Positions 10,248 through 18,814 of a stretch of DNA of 47,672 nucleotides are shown here, one piece after another. How positions within the stretch are numbered: the stretch's first letter is position 1; each line of letters opens with the position of its first letter. Below the pieces are notes generated by a model. The model searched no databases and was not told the origin of the DNA. It worked only from the letters and a program-made list of their open reading frames with translations. Where the stretch lies: positions 1 to 47,672 of the forward strand of contig JAZRFD010000017.1 in assembly GCA_045661185.1 (NCBI GenBank), given 5' to 3'. This DNA is from Eubacteriales bacterium. GTDB taxonomy: Bacteria; Bacillota; Clostridia; Oscillospirales; CAG-272. The position numbers were made by a program, and so were the translations under genes.

Positions 10248-12524
10248 ATGTTTGAAATCGACCGTATACCGCAAAGCGTCAAGCAAGCGCTCAAGGACCG
10301 AGACGTACCGATCGAGTCGGTTCGTCTTGCCGCGCATGCCGATCGCACGCAAGCCCAAGCTGTCGGTGACGTGTATCTGTTTGCGAGCGACAAAGAGCTC
10401 ATGCTTCTGCTTGGCACGTGGACGCAATCGGAATCCCTACATACACAATTTCAGGAAACCGGGTTTGAAAGTATCCCCATTTGTACGCTTCACGATTTTC
10501 ACGTCGAGGAACTGCTTTCGGCAGGCCGCCTTGTGGCGCGCCGCCGCGATGGGGAAAGCGATTCTCCGGTCCTTTTGGCATGCTTTACGAATTTCTGCAA
10601 GGAATCCATGTTCCTCTTTTCTAAATATGCGGAAAAGCTTTCAGGGGGCGAGGAGATAGAGATCGACCCCAAGGACGATCCGTTCGCCAAATGCTGTCCC
10701 AAATGCGGACTGCGCTATCCGGATCTGAACCGCAAGGTTTGTCCCCATTGCATGGAAAAAGGGAAGCTGTTCCGCCGCTTTTCCGTGTTTTTGGCGCGGT
10801 ACAAGGGCGCGCTGATCCTCTCGGTTCTCTCCCTTGTGCTCCTGACCGCCACCAGTATTCTGGCGCCCTATCTTTCCAGCGGCTTTTTCTATGATGAGGT
10901 CATCAGCGAATACGGTGCGTTTGCGGGAAATCTTGTACTGGTCATCTTTTTGGTCGTTGCCACGGGACTGTTAAAAATGTTTTCCACCATGGTCAACAAC
11001 TACGTTACCTCTGTGATTGCAGCAAAGGTCGTTTTTGACCTGAAAAAGACCATTTTTGCGGCGATCGAGCGCCTCTCGCTCAGCTTTTTTACGTGCAGAC
11101 AAACAGGGGGACTGATGACGCAGGTTAACGAGGACGCGAATACGATCTACACCTTTTTCTGCGATTCGCTTCCGTATCTGCTCATCAATATCGTGCAGGT
11201 TATCGTTTTGTCGGTCCTGCTCTTTACCATTCAACCCTTTTTGGCGCTTTTGTCGCTTGTTACCGTTCCGATCTTCCTGATCCTGATGCGCTATCTGATC
11301 CGTCGCTTGCGCATGTATCACGCGCGGCGTTATTCCAACTCACGTCGCATGAACGGATTCCTCGCGGACGTGTTCTCGGGTATGCGCGTGGTCAAGGCGT
11401 TTTCCAAGGAGAACGAGGAGATCAAGCGCTTTACGCAGCAAAACCGCTATTTGGCGGACAGCGAAAAAAAGCTTTCGCTTTATACAAACTATATGTGGCC
11501 CGTGGCGCATCAGCTCCTTTACGTTGGCAATATCGTAGCGTGGGGCGTGGGCGGCTATATGGTCATCAGCGGGCAGTTCAACCTGACCTACGGAATCCTT
11601 TTGACCTTTGTGACCTACATCAATATGATCTTTTCACCGCTTGAATATTTCGTGGTGTTCGTGGACCGCATGGCGGATTGCTCGAACGCGCTGCAGCGTT
11701 TGTTCGAGATCATGGACGCACAGCCCGAGGTGAGCGAAAAGGAATCTCCAGAGCGACCTGAGCAGCTTCTGGGTAGCGTAGAATTCGATCACGTGTCCTT
11801 CTCCTATCAAAAGGGGAAAAAGGTGATTGACGATGTCAGCTTTGACGTGCCGGACGGAGGGATCCTCGGCATTGTCGGGCACACGGGCGCGGGCAAGAGC
11901 ACGCTGGCAAACCTCATCATGCGCATGTATGATGCCGAGGTGGGCGAGATCCGTATCGGGGGATACCCCGTCAAGGACTTGGAGCTTGCAACGCTGTATC
12001 GCCACGTGGCGATCGTTTCGCAGGAAACCTATCTGTTTGTCGGCACGATCCTTGATAACATCCGCTACGCGCGCCCCGAGGCGAGCTTTGAGGAGGTCGT
12101 TGAGGCGGCCAAATGCGCGGGTGCACACGACTTTATTATGAAGCTTCCCGACGCGTATCATACGCGCATCGGCTTTGGATATAAGGATCTGTCGGGCGGA
12201 GAGCGCCAACGCGTCTCCATTGCACGCGCGATCCTCAAAAATCCTAAAATTCTGATCCTTGACGAAGCAACTGCCGCGATGGACACGGGCACGGAGCGCC
12301 GCATTCAGGAGGCGCTTGCGGAGCTTGTCAAGGGAAAGACCACCATTATGATCGCGCACCGCTTGTCTACTCTGCGCGACGCGGACGAGCTGGTCGTTAT
12401 TGAGCACGGCCGCGTTGTGGAGCGCGGCACACACCGCGCGCTGCTTGAGATCGAGGACGGTGTTTACAAAAAGCTGTATACCCTGCAGGAAGAAGCACTC
12501 AAGAGCGCAGGGATTGCCGAGTAA
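10248..12524 (+). CDS. ABC exporter half-transporter (TMD-NBD) with ~175-aa N-terminal extension containing a zinc ribbon
   Basis: 758 aa. AAGGGGG SD 7 nt upstream. CCPKCGLRYPDLNRKVCPHC at aa 149-168, just before TM1. Six-TM exporter domain. Walker A GHTGAGKSTL, signature LSGGERQR, Walker B ILILDEATAAMD. Confidence 0.9.
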   Translation: MFEIDRIPQSVKQALKDRDVPIESVRLAAHADRTQAQAVGDVYLFASDKELMLLLGTWTQSESLHTQFQETGFESIPICTLHDFHVEELLSAGRLVARRRDGESDSPVLLACFTNFCKESMFLFSKYAEKLSGGEEIEIDPKDDPFAKCCPKCGLRYPDLNRKVCPHCMEKGKLFRRFSVFLARYKGALILSVLSLVLLTATSILAPYLSSGFFYDEVISEYGAFAGNLVLVIFLVVATGLLKMFSTMVNNYVTSVIAAKVVFDLKKTIFAAIERLSLSFFTCRQTGGLMTQVNEDANTIYTFFCDSLPYLLINIVQVIVLSVLLFTIQPFLALLSLVTVPIFLILMRYLIRRLRMYHARRYSNSRRMNGFLADVFSGMRVVKAFSKENEEIKRFTQQNRYLADSEKKLSLYTNYMWPVAHQLLYVGNIVAWGVGGYMVISGQFNLTYGILLTFVTYINMIFSPLEYFVVFVDRMADCSNALQRLFEIMDAQPEVSEKESPERPEQLLGSVEFDHVSFSYQKGKKVIDDVSFDVPDGGILGIVGHTGAGKSTLANLIMRMYDAEVGEIRIGGYPVKDLELATLYRHVAIVSQETYLFVGTILDNIRYARPEASFEEVVEAAKCAGAHDFIMKLPDAYHTRIGFGYKDLSGGERQRVSIARAILKNPKILILDEATAAMDTGTERRIQEALAELVKGKTTIMIAHRLSTLRDADELVVIEHGRVVERGTHRALLEIEDGVYKKLYTLQEEALKSAGIAE

Positions 12525-12536
12525 GGAGGGGAGAGC

Positions 12537-13082
12537 ATGAGAGAGCACGGAAAAAACGCCCATGGGGGCGAGGAAAAAAAGGTGCGCACGCTGGCGGAGC
12601 TTTCGGTAACGGTATGGCTGACGCCCGAAAACGCGACCTTCTTTATGAAAAATCAGTTTCTCTATATCCGCTACGGTGAAGCCGAGGTGCGCGCGCAGCT
12701 CTACCGACAGTTCCCGTTTGAATCGGAATGGGAATTTATCTCGGTGATGAACGAGGAGCAGGAGGAGATCGGGATCATCCGCAACGTGTCGCAGTTTGAT
12801 GCGGAGACCGAGAATCTTTTGCGGGATGAATTGCGCCGCCGCTATTATGCGCCCGTGATCGAGCGCGTTATCAGCGTCAAGGAGCGCTACGGCTTTTCCT
12901 ACTGGAAGGTACATACTCCCGAGGGGGACGTCTCCTTTACGCTGCACGATACCTATCGCTCGATCATCCATGCGGGGCAGAACCGCCTGATCCTGCTTGA
13001 CGTTAACGGCAACCGCTTTGAGATCCCCGACGCCTTGGCGCTGGATCGCAAGAGCTACAAAAAGATCGAGCTGTATCTATAA
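12537..13082 (+). CDS. small soluble protein, DUF1854-like ABC-transporter-associated protein
   Basis: 181 aa, no hydrophobic segments, AAGGAGGGG SD. Sandwiched between two ABC half-transporter genes, as I recall for DUF1854 (PF08909) proteins. C-terminal NRFEIPDALALDRKSYKKIELYL. The family assignment is from memory and needs an HMM check. Confidence 0.55.
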   Translation: MREHGKNAHGGEEKKVRTLAELSVTVWLTPENATFFMKNQFLYIRYGEAEVRAQLYRQFPFESEWEFISVMNEEQEEIGIIRNVSQFDAETENLLRDELRRRYYAPVIERVISVKERYGFSYWKVHTPEGDVSFTLHDTYRSIIHAGQNRLILLDVNGNRFEIPDALALDRKSYKKIELYL

Positions 13083-13093
13083 GGAGGCGGCGT

Positions 13094-15310
13094 GTGAACG
13101 GATTTCAAAAAAAGCTTTTTGAAAAAGCGAAAACGCTGGATCCCGCATTGAGCGAGGAGGATTTCGTCGATCTGCTTTTGTCAGACCTTGACCCGCTCCA
13201 ACCGCAGGCGCGCGTGCAGGATTTCACGCTCCTGACGCGAGACGGGCTTTGCGTGTACCGTGACGGGGAGCGGATTTTGTTCGAGCCGATTGACGGGATC
13301 GAGCGATTGAACGTGATCAACGGTGTCGGGTGTGTGTTCGTGGAGCTGGTGCGCCGCGACGGCGAGCACGTGCGAATGGCACGCGCGGACAACCGACGAC
13401 AGTCAAGCGTTGCGCAATCGGTCAAGCGAATGAATCATTATCTGCGGCATGGCAGTACGGATTTTTCAAAGATAAAATTTAGCGGCGGGCAATGCCCACG
13501 GTGTGGCAAGCCCTATCCGCGCGGCTCACACACCTGCCCGCGGTGTACCTCCAAGAAAAAGGCACTGCGGCGTCTTTTGGGGCTTGCCATGCGCGAAAAA
13601 TGGCGCATTGCGGCATCTGTGGTTTTCTTCTTTGTGGGGACGCTTGTCAGCCTTGTGACCCCGATCATCAATCGCGTCATGGTGGACGATTACATCCAAA
13701 ACACGGGGGACCGTGCTCTGACGCGGGTTTTCTTTATCGGCTTTGTCAGCGTGGTGCTTTCCATGCTGGTGGCGAATATTCTCAAGCGCCTGATCAATAT
13801 GGGGCGCGGCTATTTTCTGGCGATCGCGGGCAACAACCTGATCGTGCGTCTGCGCGACACGGTCTTTGCCAAGATCCAGCAGCTTTCCATTTCCAGCATT
13901 TCCGAACGAACCTCGGGAGAGCTTATGAAGCGCGTCAACAGTGACACGCGTGTGATCAAGCAATTCCTGATCGACCACCTGCCAAGCCTTGTGGAGCAGA
14001 TGCTCTTGCTTTTGGCGGTCGGTGCTTACGTGTTTGTGGTGGATTGGCGCGTAGCACTCCTGATCCTAATCCCCGCACCCTTCGTAGCTCTTGCCTTCCG
14101 CATGTTCTGGCGCTTTATGCGCGGGCTCTTTCAACGCCGTTGGCAGATCAACTCCGAGACAAACGCCGTTTTGCACGACATCTTCTCGGGCATCCGTGTG
14201 GTCAAATCCTACGGCATGGAAAAGCGAGAGGAGAAGCGCTTCGTCGGCATGGCGGCGGCAGAGCGTGCGGCACAGCTGCGGATTGAGCGCTTTTGGGCGA
14301 TCCTGATGCCGCTTTTACGCTTCCTGATGGGCATCGGTGAATATATCCTGCTCTTTTACGTGGGCACGCAAATGCTCAAGGGGCAGATGACTGCGGGTGA
14401 AATGGCGCAGTTTTCCGCTTACGCGGGGATGATCTTCGGCCCGATGTCGGCGCTGATGAACTTCCCGCGGCAGTTTATGCACATGATGACCTCTCTCACG
14501 CGCGTTTATGAGATTATGGACGAGGAGATCGACATTGCAGACGGAGCTTCCAAGGAAGCCAAGCCCTTTGAGGGCTATATTGACCTTAACAACGTTTCCT
14601 TCGGCTACGATGACGCGCGCGAGGTGCTTCGCGGAATCGACCTGCATATTCGCCCGGGCGAGTTTATTGGATTGGTCGGTAAATCGGGCGTTGGAAAATC
14701 CACGCTGATCAACCTGATTATGCGTATGTACGACGTGGACGAGGGCTCGATCTGTATTGACGGTGAGGATATCCGCAACATTCCGCAGGAGGAGCTGCGA
14801 TCGCAGATGGGCGTGGTGTTGCAGGAAAATTTCCTTTTCACGGGCTCGGTCTGGCAGAATTTGACCTATGCAAAGCCAAACGCCACGCGCGAGGAGGTCA
14901 TTCAAGCCGCCAAAACTGCGGGCGCGCATGAGTTTATCATCCGCCTGCCCGACGGCTACAACACCTACGTTGGCGAAAAGGGGCATACGCTTTCGGGCGG
15001 TGAGCGCCAGCGCATCTCGATCGCGCGCGCGCTGCTGCACGACCCTAAAATCTTGATTTTGGACGAGGCGACGGCATCCTTGGATACCGAAACCGAAAAG
15101 CTGATTCAGGATGCGCTGGCGGCGTTGTCGGCAGGTCGCACGACCATTGCGATCGCGCATCGACTGTCCACGCTCCGCAACGCAACGCGACTTGTGGTCT
15201 TGGATAAGGGCGAAATTGCTGAGGTCGGCACGCACGACGAGCTGATGGAGCGCGAGGGCATCTATTACGGCCTTGTCATGGCTCAGCGTGAAATGTCGAG
15301 GATTGGGTAA
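13094..15310 (+). CDS. ABC exporter half-transporter (TMD-NBD) with ~165-aa N-terminal extension containing a zinc ribbon
   Basis: 738 aa. GTG start 6 nt after AAGGAGG. CPRCGKPYPRGSHTCPRC at aa 134-151. Walker A GKSGVGKSTL, LSGGERQR, ILILDEATASLD. Confidence 0.9.
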   Translation: MNGFQKKLFEKAKTLDPALSEEDFVDLLLSDLDPLQPQARVQDFTLLTRDGLCVYRDGERILFEPIDGIERLNVINGVGCVFVELVRRDGEHVRMARADNRRQSSVAQSVKRMNHYLRHGSTDFSKIKFSGGQCPRCGKPYPRGSHTCPRCTSKKKALRRLLGLAMREKWRIAASVVFFFVGTLVSLVTPIINRVMVDDYIQNTGDRALTRVFFIGFVSVVLSMLVANILKRLINMGRGYFLAIAGNNLIVRLRDTVFAKIQQLSISSISERTSGELMKRVNSDTRVIKQFLIDHLPSLVEQMLLLLAVGAYVFVVDWRVALLILIPAPFVALAFRMFWRFMRGLFQRRWQINSETNAVLHDIFSGIRVVKSYGMEKREEKRFVGMAAAERAAQLRIERFWAILMPLLRFLMGIGEYILLFYVGTQMLKGQMTAGEMAQFSAYAGMIFGPMSALMNFPRQFMHMMTSLTRVYEIMDEEIDIADGASKEAKPFEGYIDLNNVSFGYDDAREVLRGIDLHIRPGEFIGLVGKSGVGKSTLINLIMRMYDVDEGSICIDGEDIRNIPQEELRSQMGVVLQENFLFTGSVWQNLTYAKPNATREEVIQAAKTAGAHEFIIRLPDGYNTYVGEKGHTLSGGERQRISIARALLHDPKILILDEATASLDTETEKLIQDALAALSAGRTTIAIAHRLSTLRNATRLVVLDKGEIAEVGTHDELMEREGIYYGLVMAQREMSRIG

Positions 15311-15316
15311 AGAACG

Positions 15317-15732
15317 TGGGGAGGAGGGAACCTTCTTGAGGAGAAGGTTCCCTCCTCCCCACACCCCTCCACCCTCCAAGACCTTTGCAAAAGGGCACGC
15401 CCCGAGCGTTTGTGTCTTAACAACACAAACGCTCGGGGCGTGTGCGCTTCTGCGAAGCGCATTTCGGGTTAGGGGTATTTTTTTATCAACGGTAAACCAA
15501 CCTTGTGGAGCACTTGGGATGTGGGGCCCAAGTGCTATCGGGAGTATCTTTCCGTCGGTGTACTAAACTTTCCGACACAGTAAGCGCTGCACTGTACGAG
15601 CGAACTTTCACCACGCACTAACAAAAGAGGGCGCACCATGTTGTGCGCCCTTGCTTGGGAATGCTATAACCCGTTTGGTGAAAGTTCTTGAAAGGGGTGT
15701 GGGGAAAACTTCTTTCAAGAAGTTTTCCCCAC
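15317..15732 (+). repeat. full copy (A) of the hairpin-rich composite intergenic repeat (MITE/REP-like or structured RNA)
   Basis: 19-bp terminal hairpin 15317-15361. 20-bp perfect hairpin 15396-15442. GCGCTTC-TGC-GAAGCGC hairpin 15443-15461. GCACTTGGG hairpin 15509-15536. Long-range pair GAACTTTCACC (15602-15612) / GGTGAAAGTTC (15677-15687) enclosing hairpin 15628-15651. 14-bp terminal hairpin 15699-15732. 12-nt inverted termini CCCCACACCCCT (15357-15368) / AGGGGTGTGGGG (15693-15704). Confidence 0.7.
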
Positions 15733-15748
15733 AAAAACTCACACTATT

Positions 15749-18721
15749 TTACTCACTTCTGAGCGCCTCAACGGGGTTCCGCTTCGCGGCGAAGCGAGAG
15801 GGGAAGAGGCCTGCGATGAAGGTCAGGATCATGCTGATAGCCACGAGCACGATCGCGCCGACAACGGGCAGGGTTGCCTTGAGGTTGGGGATTCCCGTGA
15901 GCGAGAAGAGAATGATATTGATAATGATATTGAAGAACAGGGTTACAAGGATACCGATCATACCGGCTACAAATCCGACGATCAGGGTTTCGGCGTTGAA
16001 CACGCGGCTGACGTCGCGCTTGGAAGCACCGATTGAGCGCAAAATACCGATTTCCTTGGTTCTTTCCAGCACCGAGATATAAGTGATAATGCCGATCATG
16101 ATCGAGGAAACGATCAGGGAAATGGCAACGAACGCGATGAGCACGTAGGTGATTGCGTTGAGAACGGTGGTGATTGAGGACATGAGAAGCCCTACGTAGT
16201 CGGTGTATTCGATCTTCTTATCCTCGTCGACGGAATCGTTGTATTCCTTGATCAACGCGGCGATCTCGTCCTTGTTTTCAAAGCTGGACGCATAGAGATA
16301 GATGCTGACGGGATTCGCTTCATCTACGTCGCCAAGCAGATAGAGGTTGGTATCGTAGCTGGAGTCGGAGAATACGCGCGGCACACCGTCTTGCTCGTAA
16401 AGCACCGCCATTTGCGTGTCGTCAAGCGTTGCGGCAACCTGCAGGGCGGTAGCACCTGTTTGAGCGAACACCTGCTCGGAGAGCTCCTGCTGAACCGCAA
16501 GCGTTGCCGCCGCGGTGATGAAATACGCTTTGAGCTCGGGCGTCGAGAGCACCAGCTCGGGTGTGATACCCGCGGGGATCTCCATGCCCATCGAGGGGGC
16601 GAGTGCGAGCAGTTGCTCGACCATAGGGGTCAATTCCGCGTCGCTCATCTGTGAGAGCTGTGCGCTTGCCGCATTGACTGCCTCGGGGGTGATGAGCACG
16701 GTCATCAGGAACATCTGTGCCTGCTCCTCGGGGAGTGTCGCGAGATATTCCATCACGACCTCGCGCTTGCGCTCGGGCGAAACCTCACTCGTAGCAAAGT
16801 ATTTACCGGTGAAAATATCGATGGCAGGATTGGCTTTTTGCAGATTGAGCAGAGTGCTGTCCTTGGTGCGCTTAAGAACGAGGTCTGCCAGCGCCGAGGT
16901 GTAGCCGATGCTACCCGCGGTCAGGGTCGCGGCGGTCGTGCCTTCCTTGGGGCGCACGATACCGACAACGCGCAGCTTGATCGAATCCGCATCATCGTAA
17001 AGCGTGTTGCGTCCGTCTGCCGTATCGGTCAGATCAGAGTAGCCATTGCCGTCGGGCGCATACGCGTCGGAGGCCAGAACCAAACGAAATTCCATGTCGC
17101 GGATCTCGTCAAAGCTCCAGGTTTCGCGGTCGGTGGATACCTGCTCGCCCTTTACGGCGGCATTCCAAAGCTGCAGCATCTCATCCTTGGTGCGAAGACC
17201 CAGCGCGTAGAGCGAAAGGTCGCTTAATTCATTGTTTTCGCTGACGACCAGCACGACCTCGTTAGCGGCGGTCGGCCAGCGGCTACCGCTGTCTACAAGC
17301 TCATATTGCTCCTTGAGCACGTCGTTGACAAGCGAATCGCTGTTTTTGTCCAAGGGCTCAAGCATCTCGGTCCAAACGTCCATGCCGCCCATCATGCTCA
17401 TGCTGCCGCTCATGTCTCCCATGGAGGAGCCGTTGAGCATCGCGTCGCTCATCCATCCAAAGAGGTCGGATTTGACGACGCTGCCGTTCTTGTCCTTAAC
17501 AAGCACGGTCCAGTTGAAGTTGTATGCGTACTGCACGGCGGTCAGATATTCGTCGAATTTTTTAGAGTCCTCCAAATGCTTTTTAAAGGAGGCTAGATCG
17601 TTCTTGGTGCTTCCCGCAGAGCCCATCGCGTTGACAAGGTCGGCAAGGATCGTGCTTTCGTAGACCTTGTCCTTGTCGTGCTTGGTCGCGTTTTCCTGCT
17701 TTTCCATCAGCGTGGTCATCACGGCGGCAAAGTCCATGGTCTCGGCATGAAGCTCGAGCGGGTAGCCCGCCAGCGTATCGCGCTGAACGGCATTGATATA
17801 GTTGTTGACACCCGTGGAGACCGACAGGATCAGCGCAATGCCGATGATACCGATTGATCCCGCAAAGGAGGTCATAAAGGTGCGTCCTTTTTTGGTTAAG
17901 AGGTTATTGAGCGAGAGGGAAAGCGCCGTGAAAAAGGACATGGACTTCTTCTTTTTCTTTTTCACCGCCTTTTTCTCGGCTTGTACGTTCGGCGCCACCT
18001 CGTCCCGATGTGCAGGAGTCGGCTCTGCGCTTTCATCCTCACCGTGATAAGGATTGGAATCGTCCACAATGTGACCGTCGAGCACGCTGATGATACGGTT
18101 GGAATAATCATGTGCGAGGTCGGGGTTGTGCGTGACCATGATGATCAGCTTTTTGTGCGAGATCTCGCGCAGAATATCCATGATCTGCACGCTGGTCTGC
18201 GTGTCAAGCGCGCCCGTCGGCTCGTCGGCAAGCAGAATGTCGGGGTCATTGACCAAAGCGCGCGCGATTGCGACACGCTGCATCTGTCCGCCCGAGAGCT
18301 GATTGGGCTTTTTGTTCAGCTGATCTCCAAGTCCCACGTCGGTCAATGCCTTTGCGGCTCTCTCGCGACGCTCCTTTTTGGAAATGCCCGAAAGCGTCAG
18401 CGCCAACTCTACGTTGGCAAGCACCGTCTGGTGGGGGATCAGATTGTAGCTTTGGAACACAAAGCCGATGGAGTGGTTGCGGTAGGTATCCCAATCTGCG
18501 TCACGGTATTCCTTTGTGGACGTGCCGTCTATGATCAGGTCACCGCTGGTGTATTGGTCAAGGCCTCCGATGATGTTCAGGAGCGTGGTCTTTCCGCATC
18601 CCGAGGGCCCCAGAATCGAAACGAACTCGTGGCGGCGGAACTGCAGCGTAATGCCGTCCAGCGCGCGGACCGACGTGTCGCCCGTTTTGTAATCCTTTAC
18701 AATTTGTCTCAGTTCAAGCAA
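15749..18721 (-). CDS. fused ABC ATPase + FtsX/MacB-type permease with a very large extracytoplasmic domain
   Basis: N-terminal ATPase ([39 protein letters not shown]), Lys-rich linker, TM1, ~560-aa hydrophilic domain, C-terminal FtsX-type 3-TM bundle. TTG 18721 ([11 protein letters not shown]) sits 7 nt after GGAGG (18733-18729) and is preferred over the ORF-track TTG at 18736. Confidence 0.85.
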   Translation of the reverse strand: MLELRQIVKDYKTGDTSVRALDGITLQFRRHEFVSILGPSGCGKTTLLNIIGGLDQYTSGDLIIDGTSTKEYRDADWDTYRNHSIGFVFQSYNLIPHQTVLANVELALTLSGISKKERRERAAKALTDVGLGDQLNKKPNQLSGGQMQRVAIARALVNDPDILLADEPTGALDTQTSVQIMDILREISHKKLIIMVTHNPDLAHDYSNRIISVLDGHIVDDSNPYHGEDESAEPTPAHRDEVAPNVQAEKKAVKKKKKKSMSFFTALSLSLNNLLTKKGRTFMTSFAGSIGIIGIALILSVSTGVNNYINAVQRDTLAGYPLELHAETMDFAAVMTTLMEKQENATKHDKDKVYESTILADLVNAMGSAGSTKNDLASFKKHLEDSKKFDEYLTAVQYAYNFNWTVLVKDKNGSVVKSDLFGWMSDAMLNGSSMGDMSGSMSMMGGMDVWTEMLEPLDKNSDSLVNDVLKEQYELVDSGSRWPTAANEVVLVVSENNELSDLSLYALGLRTKDEMLQLWNAAVKGEQVSTDRETWSFDEIRDMEFRLVLASDAYAPDGNGYSDLTDTADGRNTLYDDADSIKLRVVGIVRPKEGTTAATLTAGSIGYTSALADLVLKRTKDSTLLNLQKANPAIDIFTGKYFATSEVSPERKREVVMEYLATLPEEQAQMFLMTVLITPEAVNAASAQLSQMSDAELTPMVEQLLALAPSMGMEIPAGITPELVLSTPELKAYFITAAATLAVQQELSEQVFAQTGATALQVAATLDDTQMAVLYEQDGVPRVFSDSSYDTNLYLLGDVDEANPVSIYLYASSFENKDEIAALIKEYNDSVDEDKKIEYTDYVGLLMSSITTVLNAITYVLIAFVAISLIVSSIMIGIITYISVLERTKEIGILRSIGASKRDVSRVFNAETLIVGFVAGMIGILVTLFFNIIINIILFSLTGIPNLKATLPVVGAIVLVAISMILTFIAGLFPSRFAAKRNPVEALRSE

Positions 18722-18761
18722 TTTGGTGCCTCCCAAAAGAAAATGATTGCAATTTTAGCAT

Positions 18762-18770
18762 AGTTTTTTT
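18762..18770 (-). promoter_or_regulatory. extended -10 promoter element candidate for the MacB-type gene
   Basis: The minus strand reads TGCTAAAAT (TGn + TAAAAT) about 40 nt upstream of the start. No good -35. Confidence 0.35.
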
Positions 18771-18814
18771 AAGTTAATGTTAATACACGGTGATGAAATG
18801 GTGATTTTTGAAAA

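Noticed and set aside
10040-10417. Minus-strand ORF with a Cys/Ser/Gly/Asp-rich tail (CSGCSDSDCSADSCSDCSGS...), superficially like a Cys-rich RiPP precursor
   Set aside because: The Cys-rich part is just the antisense reading of the CAGAAC repeat. The ORF starts inside the ABC1 coding region on the opposite strand, with no SD or promoter that I can see, and no modification enzymes are nearby. I keep it only as a remote alternative to the QN frame.
11634-15379. Minus-strand ORFs of 445 aa (11634-12971) and 354 aa (14315-15379) over the ABC genes
   Set aside because: They are antisense to frames carrying Walker A/B and signature motifs. The second also runs through the intergenic repeat.
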